A model generated the notes under the pieces. The model made no database searches. It saw only the letters and a list, made by a program, of their open reading frames with translations, and was not told the origin of the DNA. A stretch of 20,000 nt of DNA from an uncultured virus (IMG/VR IMGVR_UViG_3300042466_001016) (lineage: Duplodnaviria > Heunggongvirae > Uroviricota > Caudoviricetes), in IMG/VR virus record IMGVR_UViG_3300042466_001016; one strand, written 5' to 3'. This document shows positions 6,984-16,600 of this stretch, in pieces. Position 1 is the stretch's first letter; each line of letters starts with the position of its first letter. Both the position numbers and the translations under genes were made by a program.

Positions 6984-9900
6984 TCAACCGTTAGCTCTTG
7001 CTCTTTTAGCTCTATTACTTGTGTTTTGTTTATTATTAGCAATGCGAATCTCGTCCATTAATCCAATAAACCAAATATCTTTAGGGTTATGAGCTTTATT
7101 AACATCATCAAAATAAGATGAACGTCTTGGTTGATTGCCAGTATTGGGTCCAGACCAAAGATAAACCCAACCTAAATCTTCGAACATATTATAAAACTCA
7201 TCTTGCCTTTTTTGTGTAATATTTTTCACATTCTCCCAACCTCGTGTTCCAGCAACTACTGACTTTAAAGCGTTAGGGAATTTTGAAGAGATTAATGAAT
7301 CAAGAGTTTTAATTTCTTCTCTTTTAGTTGACGAAAGGTCATAACCATCATTTGTACCTATTGCAACAAAAACATGTTTAACATTTCTATAAACTTTTTT
7401 ATCTTGAGGTAATTGTTTATTTAACCACGTAACAGTTTTACCCACACAGTTGTATCCTATGTCAATTTTATTATCTTTCAAACCGTTTGGAACTTGGTCT
7501 AGAACACCAACTGTTGAATCGCCAATTATAACTGAAGTAGAACTAACACTAAATGTTATCTTTGTAGAGCTAGTATCACAATCATTGGTGTTAACAGCTG
7601 CTGTAGTAGTAGAAGAAGCACCAACATTTCTATTAACAAGATTCGGATAATCAAATTTAGGTGTTTTGTTAGGGTTTAAATTTTTCCACGTTTGTATCAA
7701 TGCTTTAGCAACATCTTGAGCACAGAATTTTGAAGTTCCTAAGTTACCACCTTGACCAGCATATGCCGCCTGTGTTGAATTATAACCTATTGGCTGTTCA
7801 TATAATGGTGGTTTTTGATTATTATTGACAAAACTCATATGATACAAAGGGAAAGACGCAAATTCTAAAGCTAAATCCGTAATTGCCTTTTGCAAATCTT
7901 CTTCAGTACCTAAACTTCCGTTAGCAAAATAAGCCATTAATCCACTTCTTTTTTTAAAAATTAACCATTCACCACATACTTCTTGTAATTCAGCATTAAA
8001 TACAGAATTTCTGGTAAATAAATTTCCATTTTTGTCTTTTTGGGTTAACGCATAATTAATAAAAGTCTCAATTGGTCCATTTGGTGGTGGTGTTATTTGA
8101 TATTTACCGACAGCGAACAATCTATTAATTCCAGTTAATGCTTGTGCAGCCCTAATTTCATCTAATGTCATAATTGATGGTGTATATTTGATATCACCCG
8201 TTCCACCAGCAGTTCCATTGTTATAAGCATCATAAAGCCCAGAAGATAAACTTTCAACAGTTGCCACCAAATCTCTAATAGGTTTTGATTTTTCAAAACC
8301 TGTAGCACCATCTACAATATTAGGGACAGAAAAAGACCCACAATTGGCACTTATAAGACCACTACCAAAAGAATTATTGGCGGTTGATGAATTTGATTGG
8401 AGTACATTCATTGTGTCAAGCATTGACATATACAATTCACCCAAATCAAATATTTTGGTTTCTGGTTTTCTAATTCTAACACCTGTAAAATTTGTTGACA
8501 TGTGATTGGGTTTTATGCTGTGTTTAACATGTGTAATCATGTATGCACCATGAAACATTGGGATATTATTCAACTGGAAATACATCATGGGTTGAATCAT
8601 AGCATCACCCATCATTTCAATTTCAACCTTATAACTTCTTACGCTATAAACATTGTATATATTTTGACCAGCAAGTGTATTATTGGTTTCGGACCCTCTA
8701 TTTGAAATATCATCCATAATTTTTAACGATTCAGCAGTTTCACCAAACTCACTTTGGTCCAAAGTAATATCTTTAAAAATATTTTGATTTTGTTGACCAA
8801 ACGTTACATTGAAAACTGATATTGGTTCATCACCTTGTTGTGTGTCAACAAAATCTTTTGGTATGTTTTTAATAGTGCCATTTTCGTCACAAATAATATC
8901 AAAACCATCGTTAATATAACTATCGTATGAATCAGAATCAGAATCAAAATCTAAATTTTTTGACCTTTCACCCAAATAAACACAAACAAATGAAGGTCCA
9001 CATCCATCAACTGATTCTGAAAAATCATAAGGTTCGAAGACTTGTTCAAGTTTTTCTGGTTTATTATAATTTATAAAATTAGGCAAGGCTATAAAATCAA
9101 AATTATTTGATGATAATAAACTTGTAACCGCAGCGTAAAAACTTGTATTTGAATTGTTTTTTAAAAAATCAGCAACTGGTAATGGATTTATCGCCAACTT
9201 GTCACCAATATCTGTAAACGACCTAGTAACAAACCTAAAACTATCTATTAATTTAGGTTCAGAAACCCCTCGTTTTTTTGCTAGTTCAGTGTCAACTGGA
9301 CCTCTACCGCCACATTGAAACATTATTTTATCATTATCAACATTGCCAATCCATTTATCATAAATGTTTTTACACGATTTGTAGAGCATAAATTTAATAA
9401 CGTTTTCATCAGTGGTACCGAATAAATTTTGTTCAGCTTGTTTCTTTTGTTCATCATTTGTAGATTTACGCCCTGTTGGGTTCATAGCACTTATAAATTT
9501 TTCTAGATATTTTTTAAGTGTTACCTCAGGAACTTCAATGTTTTTTCTAGGGTTTTGGTTTGGGTTTACATTATTATCTTTCTTCTCCTTTACTATATAA
9601 TCCCAAATATTTGGTGATGTGTTTACAATGAATGTTTCAGCAGTTAATAAATCCATAATTAATTTTGCAGCTGGTGAACCATCTTTAAACTCTAAGAATA
9701 TACTATATTTAAATTTTGCATCCTTTCCATTAATAGGTGTTCCGTTATTATCAACTATTGGTGAAAAAGTAAAATAGTTGTCAACATTTTTGTATTTTGA
9801 TTTTAAAACATCTTCCTTAATTGATACCGTACCGTTTGATATGGATAACGCACCAGTTGGTGACGTTGACATAACCGAATCATAAAGATTTTTCCATTCC

Positions 9901-12900
9901 AACCATGTATTGCCATCATATATTTCACAAGTTCCTCTTAGTGTTTGAAAATCACCATTTACAAAATCAAAAAAGGCTTTTTTAAATTCATCCTTAGCTT
10001 GTTCTGGTAAAGTAAGAATAACTTTATCTACTTGTTTATAGTTTTCACCACTTTTCTTTTTATTTGAAAAACTCATAACACTAGGGATACCCTTAGATAA
10101 TTTGCTTATTGTTAGGTAATCTGATTTTTTAGGTATGTAATCAACATCTTTGGCATGTTTATCAATAAATATGGGTATCAATGATTTGAAGCCAGCTTCA
10201 GCATCGTCATTATAGAATATTATAGGGTCAGGTTGTGATTCGTATCTCCATATCAAACCACCAATAAATGCTGGCCAAAGTTTAGGAACTGATATAAAAC
10301 CAGCTCGTTTGCTAAAAACATTTAATATTTCAAACCCAACGTCTTTTGATGAGTTAAATAACGTATCTTCAGTACCAAGCTTTGAATTAGCCAAACCGTT
10401 CCATGGTAATGAATGTAAAAAAAGAAAAGCTTTAGCTTCTGGGGTTTTTTGTTCATAATATAATCTGCTACCAAACAAACTAAAAGGTGCTAAATCTTTA
10501 GCGGTAACGTTTGATATGATATAATCTTCACGCTCAATTTGAAAATTTACATATGGGTAAGTAACATTTTTATTTCCATTAATATATTCTTTTATCAAAC
10601 CCCTGTTAAAACCATATTTTTTATGTATAGCTTTTGTTTCGTATTGTCCTTGAGTTCTTTTTACACCATCTACACTTAACGTATATTCAGAAATAGAATT
10701 AAATGCTTGGTTATTAAATGTAGGTTTGATTAGGTTTGTTAAACTTAAAGGCACTAAAGAATTTTGAGTATCCAATTTTAACCCAAAACCATTTGATTTA
10801 TTATACGTGTTAGGGTTACTACCATCTGCTTCACCTATTGAATCAGCAATAAACATGAATCTAAACGGTAAACCACCATTATCGTCTAATTCTGGAACAC
10901 CATATTTTAAACTTGTATATTGTTGCACACCATAAGCACCAGCAAAAATATTAAACCCAGCTGCTTTCATGTCTGGTACAAATTTTTTAAGTTCTTCCAA
11001 ATTCATTGTTATATCAGTATAAGGAGTTGGAGGTGGTGATACCAAAGAATTGATAGCTTTTGAATCGAAAGATGTACGGTCTATTAACTTGATGTATGTA
11101 CCACCGTCACTATTTGCTAAATTTGAAACGTTTCTTTCAAATTTATATTTAGGGTTTGTAAGAGAAACGGCGGTTTGATAATTTGATAATAAAAGATTAC
11201 CATCGTCTATTTGTTTTGTTATATCAGTCCAGTCGGCATCAAAGAAACCCTTTTTTATTGGAAAGATTTTTTTAAATTCGGAAGTTGGCTTGTCAATATA
11301 TCCTGTATCACCTATATAATTATAATAATAATTAGTACCATTCTTTTCAATAACTTTTTTATCTACGTTATTTATATTACCATTAACATCTATTAAAGCT
11401 AATGCAGAAGTACCAGAAGTACCAGATAAACAATATGTGTTGGCAAACCCATCAATTAATTTTGGATTTTGTGCGCCATTTAAAATAGATTCAGCCTCTT
11501 TTACTGCAAAATTTGTTATTTCATCATCTGTTAAATTTATATTTGAAAAACCTAAAAAAATCATAGCTCTTATCATTACCATGTCAGCAATATCTTTGGG
11601 TTTTTTTGGTTCTTCTCTTTTATATGGTGATATGTCATTAAAAAGACTAGTATCTAATGGGTTGACCGAATACCAATTAGTATTACTTTCTTTTATTAAC
11701 GCATCAAAATTTTTTTCCTGTTCATATGTTATCAAAAAAGCCCTAAATAAATCTTCTATAAAACGTATTTCATCTACGTTATTAGGGTTATCTAAGACAC
11801 CAGCTTTACCAAGATATTCTTCAATACCATCATCCTTATTAATATATGTTGGCCATGGATAAAATTCTTCTTTAAGATTTTTGTAATCATTATTACCAGG
11901 TTTAAATTTATTTACTAATTCGTCTTTTCTTTTAGGATTACTTTGGGCAGTTTTTGAAACATCATACATACACGATAAATAAACCTCTACAGCAGTTGTA
12001 AAGGTTTTAATTATATTTCTAACGGTTGGTTCAAATCCTAAACTTTTAGCTACACTATCTTTAAGTGTTTGTGCAACTGTTTTCTTAAGACTTTCAATGT
12101 TTTCATTTGTAGTGTTTAATTGTTTATCTAACGTTTTATATATTTCTTTATTGTCGTAAATAGTTATTGGCGTGACATCGGTAATTGAACCATTCAGATA
12201 ACCTTTGTCTTCAATATATTTTGTAATTTCATCGTGACCTGTAGTTGCTTTTAATGTTTTATATGTTGTGTTTGCGTTCAACATCTTTAATGGTGTAAAC
12301 GTATTGATATTTAATTGAGCAAGACCTAAATTAGAAATGAAAGTATTATAATCATTTATTGCTGTTGTAACATCAGTATTATATTTTGTAATTTCGGTTG
12401 TGATAGCTTTTTCAATTATAAAATAATCATATTTATCTATAGTTTTAGTTTCATCTGCATCTATATCTAAACCCAAAAAATCAATTTTATCTCTTATTGA
12501 CTTTAGTTTTTCTAGGCTTTTTTTATAATCTGAAATAGCAGTATAATTTGTATCGGTGCTTAATATTCTGTTAGCTTCAACATTTATTTGTTCTAATTTT
12601 TGAACAAGTCCTTCTTTTGAACCAGAACCGTCTAATGTTAATAAGGTTGGGTCTTCTAATTGTAAAGCAGCATATTTTGCACGCCCTAAACTAGTATTTG
12701 GGATGGCTTTTAACACACCTATAAGCATATCTGAAAGCATTGCGTATGTATAACCAACAAAACTACATGTTATTTCAAAATTACCTGTTTGTGAATTAAA
12801 CCTAGAAGTAAACTTTGTCATGTGAAGACAATATTCAACTGGTAGACCATAATAACCTTTTATTTTTAGCGTATATAAAGGATACGGTAACTTAAAAAAT

Positions 12901-13355
12901 ACTGAATATGGGTTGGAACCATCTTTTATATACTCATCATTTTGAAAAATAGAACTACCTCTCAAATCAATAAAATTAATGGTAACCATTGGAGCATAAG
13001 AAGAGTTAAAATCAATATCAATTGATGTGATACCTAAATTTTCTTTATTAGGTTTATTATCAAGAGAAGTTGTCAATTCGGTAAATGATGTAGTTAAGTA
13101 TTTTTTACCACTCGTTCCACCAACATTAGCCCCCTCAATAAAATTAACGGTTATTGAACCTTCTTCTTCTGTTGTACTGGTACCAGCTTGTTTACTTGTT
13201 AATAAAATACTTCTTGCTTTTTTATGAGTTGTTAACTCGACATAAATAGACAAATCTTCAAGTTGTACTGGAGAACTATTTATTCTATCTTGATTTTGAA
13301 AAGCGTTTGGGTTTATTAGAGTTGTTTTACCACAAGAGCATCTTTTATTAGCCAT
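6984..13355 (-). CDS. Baseplate hub-like protein (gp27/VgrG-like) with C-terminal lambda-lysozyme/GH104-like muramidase and SGNH/GDSL hydrolase domains
   Basis: Hub-like beta segments LGITSIDIDF...MVTINFID at the N-terminus and YKVEIEMMGDAMIQP...GAYMITHVKHSI...STNFTGVR (~8650-8470). Muramidase motifs ATVES, AVGKYQ, FNAELQE and EFASFP. SGNH motifs IIGDS, G, IGTND and a distal H. It follows a LysM wedge gene. Confidence 0.75.
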   Translation of the reverse strand: MANKRCSCGKTTLINPNAFQNQDRINSSPVQLEDLSIYVELTTHKKARSILLTSKQAGTSTTEEEGSITVNFIEGANVGGTSGKKYLTTSFTELTTSLDNKPNKENLGITSIDIDFNSSYAPMVTINFIDLRGSSIFQNDEYIKDGSNPYSVFFKLPYPLYTLKIKGYYGLPVEYCLHMTKFTSRFNSQTGNFEITCSFVGYTYAMLSDMLIGVLKAIPNTSLGRAKYAALQLEDPTLLTLDGSGSKEGLVQKLEQINVEANRILSTDTNYTAISDYKKSLEKLKSIRDKIDFLGLDIDADETKTIDKYDYFIIEKAITTEITKYNTDVTTAINDYNTFISNLGLAQLNINTFTPLKMLNANTTYKTLKATTGHDEITKYIEDKGYLNGSITDVTPITIYDNKEIYKTLDKQLNTTNENIESLKKTVAQTLKDSVAKSLGFEPTVRNIIKTFTTAVEVYLSCMYDVSKTAQSNPKRKDELVNKFKPGNNDYKNLKEEFYPWPTYINKDDGIEEYLGKAGVLDNPNNVDEIRFIEDLFRAFLITYEQEKNFDALIKESNTNWYSVNPLDTSLFNDISPYKREEPKKPKDIADMVMIRAMIFLGFSNINLTDDEITNFAVKEAESILNGAQNPKLIDGFANTYCLSGTSGTSALALIDVNGNINNVDKKVIEKNGTNYYYNYIGDTGYIDKPTSEFKKIFPIKKGFFDADWTDITKQIDDGNLLLSNYQTAVSLTNPKYKFERNVSNLANSDGGTYIKLIDRTSFDSKAINSLVSPPPTPYTDITMNLEELKKFVPDMKAAGFNIFAGAYGVQQYTSLKYGVPELDDNGGLPFRFMFIADSIGEADGSNPNTYNKSNGFGLKLDTQNSLVPLSLTNLIKPTFNNQAFNSISEYTLSVDGVKRTQGQYETKAIHKKYGFNRGLIKEYINGNKNVTYPYVNFQIEREDYIISNVTAKDLAPFSLFGSRLYYEQKTPEAKAFLFLHSLPWNGLANSKLGTEDTLFNSSKDVGFEILNVFSKRAGFISVPKLWPAFIGGLIWRYESQPDPIIFYNDDAEAGFKSLIPIFIDKHAKDVDYIPKKSDYLTISKLSKGIPSVMSFSNKKKSGENYKQVDKVILTLPEQAKDEFKKAFFDFVNGDFQTLRGTCEIYDGNTWLEWKNLYDSVMSTSPTGALSISNGTVSIKEDVLKSKYKNVDNYFTFSPIVDNNGTPINGKDAKFKYSIFLEFKDGSPAAKLIMDLLTAETFIVNTSPNIWDYIVKEKKDNNVNPNQNPRKNIEVPEVTLKKYLEKFISAMNPTGRKSTNDEQKKQAEQNLFGTTDENVIKFMLYKSCKNIYDKWIGNVDNDKIMFQCGGRGPVDTELAKKRGVSEPKLIDSFRFVTRSFTDIGDKLAINPLPVADFLKNNSNTSFYAAVTSLLSSNNFDFIALPNFINYNKPEKLEQVFEPYDFSESVDGCGPSFVCVYLGERSKNLDFDSDSDSYDSYINDGFDIICDENGTIKNIPKDFVDTQQGDEPISVFNVTFGQQNQNIFKDITLDQSEFGETAESLKIMDDISNRGSETNNTLAGQNIYNVYSVRSYKVEIEMMGDAMIQPMMYFQLNNIPMFHGAYMITHVKHSIKPNHMSTNFTGVRIRKPETKIFDLGELYMSMLDTMNVLQSNSSTANNSFGSGLISANCGSFSVPNIVDGATGFEKSKPIRDLVATVESLSSGLYDAYNNGTAGGTGDIKYTPSIMTLDEIRAAQALTGINRLFAVGKYQITPPPNGPIETFINYALTQKDKNGNLFTRNSVFNAELQEVCGEWLIFKKRSGLMAYFANGSLGTEEDLQKAITDLALEFASFPLYHMSFVNNNQKPPLYEQPIGYNSTQAAYAGQGGNLGTSKFCAQDVAKALIQTWKNLNPNKTPKFDYPNLVNRNVGASSTTTAAVNTNDCDTSSTKITFSVSSTSVIIGDSTVGVLDQVPNGLKDNKIDIGYNCVGKTVTWLNKQLPQDKKVYRNVKHVFVAIGTNDGYDLSSTKREEIKTLDSLISSKFPNALKSVVAGTRGWENVKNITQKRQDEFYNMFEDLGWVYLWSGPNTGNQPRRSSYFDDVNKAHNPKDIWFIGLMDEIRIANNKQNTSNRAKRARANG

Positions 13356-13665
13356 ATAATATTTTATGATTATTTATTTCATTAGTGTATCTTTGTACGG
13401 CATCATCAAATGGGTATGGAACCCTAATCGATGTCATGTCTGGTATGTTAAACTCCAACCCACCAAATTGTGGGTTTGCTAACATAATCAACCATCCGCT
13501 ATATGGGTTATTATAATACATATTGCTTATTTTGTCAAGTCTAGTTTGACCTTTTTTATATAAAGCAAATAAATCAGAAGAGGATTCTGGTATTTTTATT
13601 CCTGGTAATGGTTTCATTTCACCATTTTCTCTAAATTTTTTATATCTATCAAAGTATTGTGCCAT
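13348..13665 (-). CDS. LysM-like baseplate wedge protein (T4 gp53 / P2 gpX-like)
   Basis: YKKGQTRLDKISNMYYNNPYSGWLIMLANP...IPDMTSIRVP fits the 'rLd.ia..yYg....W.I..aN......i..g..l.iP' pattern. It sits in the usual position between tube initiator and hub and overlaps the hub gene by 8 nt. Confidence 0.8.
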   Translation of the reverse strand: MAQYFDRYKKFRENGEMKPLPGIKIPESSSDLFALYKKGQTRLDKISNMYYNNPYSGWLIMLANPQFGGLEFNIPDMTSIRVPYPFDDAVQRYTNEINNHKILYG

Positions 13666-13679
13666 AGTTTAGTTTTTTA

Positions 13680-16600
13680 TTAACATGTTGTCCCAGCAAG
13701 AGGACATTCTTTTCCATCTATTATAACTGGTTTTGATGCTGTATATGGGTCACCATAACAAACACAACATGGATTTTTCTTTATATTTTCATAATCATGT
13801 ACAGAAATTAAGTCATCCATTTTGTAGTCTTCATCTGGGCAATCATAAGGCATTATTGCCTTTCTAAACCAAAAACTTAATTTAGGAAATTTTGGTATAA
13901 TAACTTTAAAATCTACAGTACTAGTTGAGTTATCTTTAGCAAAACTTAATGTTGATTTCCACCCATCTTTTGTACTTTCAAAATTACCACTTCCTGGTTT
14001 ATCACTAGTGGGACCACCTAATTTAAAAGCAGCTATATCAAGCATACCACCCATAGGACCAGCGGATAATTGTATTTTAGCATCATATTCTTCTTTTAAA
14101 AGGTCATTGTTTCCGAATATAAAAAACCTACCTTTTAATTTTGTACCAGAATAAGATACAGTCAAATTATAATTACCAAGAAGCATTGCGTTTTCATAAA
14201 TACCTTCATCGGTACCAGTACTGGCTGGTGGTGCATCTGGCGTTGGTTTAGCTGATTCTGGTCCCTTTTCTTTATCAGCAGCTGCTCCTTGGTCTATTGT
14301 TTTAGTAGTTGTTTCTGTTTGATTATCGGTAGCCGTATAACTAGTTAGTGTTGTAGCACCAACTACAACTTTACCTTCTTTGATATAACTTGCTCTTGGG
14401 TCATAAACCTGTGTATTGGCATAGTAATTAAATGACAACGCATTTTGTAATATATTTATTGGTCCTTGAAGAGATGAACCACCCACAAATTTAAAAGATA
14501 ATGTTACATTTGCCAACATTGGTTGTACACCTATACCTTCTGGGTTAAGGTCCCAAATCAAAGGTTCGTAATCAATATTTAAACTATCAATAACAATTTT
14601 TGTGTGATAAAAATCACCAATTCTAAGTATACAAACAGGGGCTCTACCAAAAGCTAAATTTTTGGTATCAACCTTTTCCAAAGTAGGTCCTTGTCTAGTA
14701 CATTGTTGTAAAAATGTAAGTCTAGAATTTAAACCTTCTGGTGTCATTGAATGGAACGCTGGGTTAAAATGATTAATCCTGTCCTTGAATGCATCAAATA
14801 CCAAGGGGCTGTTAAATTTTAAACGATTAAAATATCTAGATTCATCATAAAGTTGATTTTTAACTTCTTTATTAAGATTTTGATTTTCATTTTTTACAAC
14901 TGCTGGTGCTTCAACAACATCTTTTGGGTATAAACTAGGGTCTATTTCAAACGTAACTTCAGCTCTTCTATCTTCTTTACACGTTTCTTGGTCTGGATTA
15001 CCTGGTATTTTACATCCAGTATTAGTTAAAGCTTTATATTTCAAAAGTGCTTTTATTCTAGATTTGTCAACAGTTAACTTTCCTTCTAAAAATTTAGCTA
15101 CTGATTTAGCTCTTTGCTCTGCCAACTCAGTGTTGTATGGTTCATAACCTTGTGGACTAGCCGTTCCTTGTATTTTAATTACACAAGCTTTACATGTATT
15201 TTTAAGATAATTAGATAAATCAGAAAAATAAGCATCATCGGTAATACCAGAATATTCTTGTTGTCCAGCAATTACTTTTAATTTTTTGGCGTTTTTGCCA
15301 TAATTGTATCCATCAAAATAAATCTTCTTAGGTGCGTTAATCATTGGTTTGCCATTGCTATCCTTTGGAGGTGTCACCACACCTTGAAGCTTACCGATAC
15401 CATTTCCAGCCCCATCTAGTGATGTAACAGGTGTAGTTCCAACTATTGGTGGGGTAACCTTATAATCATTATTCAAACCATTTTCGTAACCTAAATCAAT
15501 TACTGTGTTTATGTCAAATATATCATTTGGGAAGTATACATTAAATGGTTCTGGTAATTTAGGAGCTTCAACATTTTTATTGGTTATTGTCTGATTTGAC
15601 GCTTGAGCACCATAACTTTTTTGAGATAACGTTAATCTTTCTGCAATTTTGCTATCTGGTTGAACACAACCAGCAAAAAATGAAGCAACATAGTTATCAT
15701 CGGCTTGTATTGCACTATCACCAAATCCATTTACATAACTAGAATGGTCAACAACTATAGTAAATGAAAGATTTCCAGTTCTTTCAGTATTATTATAGGT
15801 ATAAACGGGTTCACCTCTACCTATAAAATTGGTTGGTTCCCAATTTACTGAAGTACTTTCACTAAATTGAATGTTGTAAGGTGGAAACCACATTATTCTA
15901 CCCCTTTTTCCTGTTGTTGTATCTCCTGGACCTTGTTCAACTGGTAATAAGTTTTGCATATTATCACTACCATGCCAAGCTAGGTTTTCAATTGAAAACA
16001 TGTAGTTTTTTGGGTTGGTTGTTATTGGAGATGAACTTTTATATTCGTCCTCATATGGTGCAATCTTTACAAAACCATTTGATTCCAAGGTTGAATTATC
16101 GTATTTAAACCTATAAGGCAATTTATCAGAAAATTCTTTTAACCCAGAATGTCTAATTAAATTATAAACTTTATCGTATCTATCAATAGTCGTCCAACTT
16201 CTACAATATGTTTTTTCTGCTGTATCAAGTTTTGCAGAAACTTGATAACGACCAGCATAGACATCTTCACTTAAAACACCGCTACCTTTTGAGAAACCTC
16301 CACCACTAGCCGTTTCAATTTGGCTTGATTTTTTATTCATATCACCTTTTCTTGTGACAATGTTTAACATACCTTTGCTGTTGAAAAGTTTTTGTGTTTT
16401 AACCAACAAAGATTTTTTATCCCCAGCAAAAGGTTCATAATTATCTTCAGCATCAACATTAATAGCTTCACCATCTCTGCTACCCCAAGAAAAAGCCACA
16501 TCACTAATTTTTCTTTTATCATAAGCTGGATTGCTTCTATGTCCAATAAAATATCTATCACTTGGTCCTTCAAAACCATATTCTTTAATCAAATTAGAAC

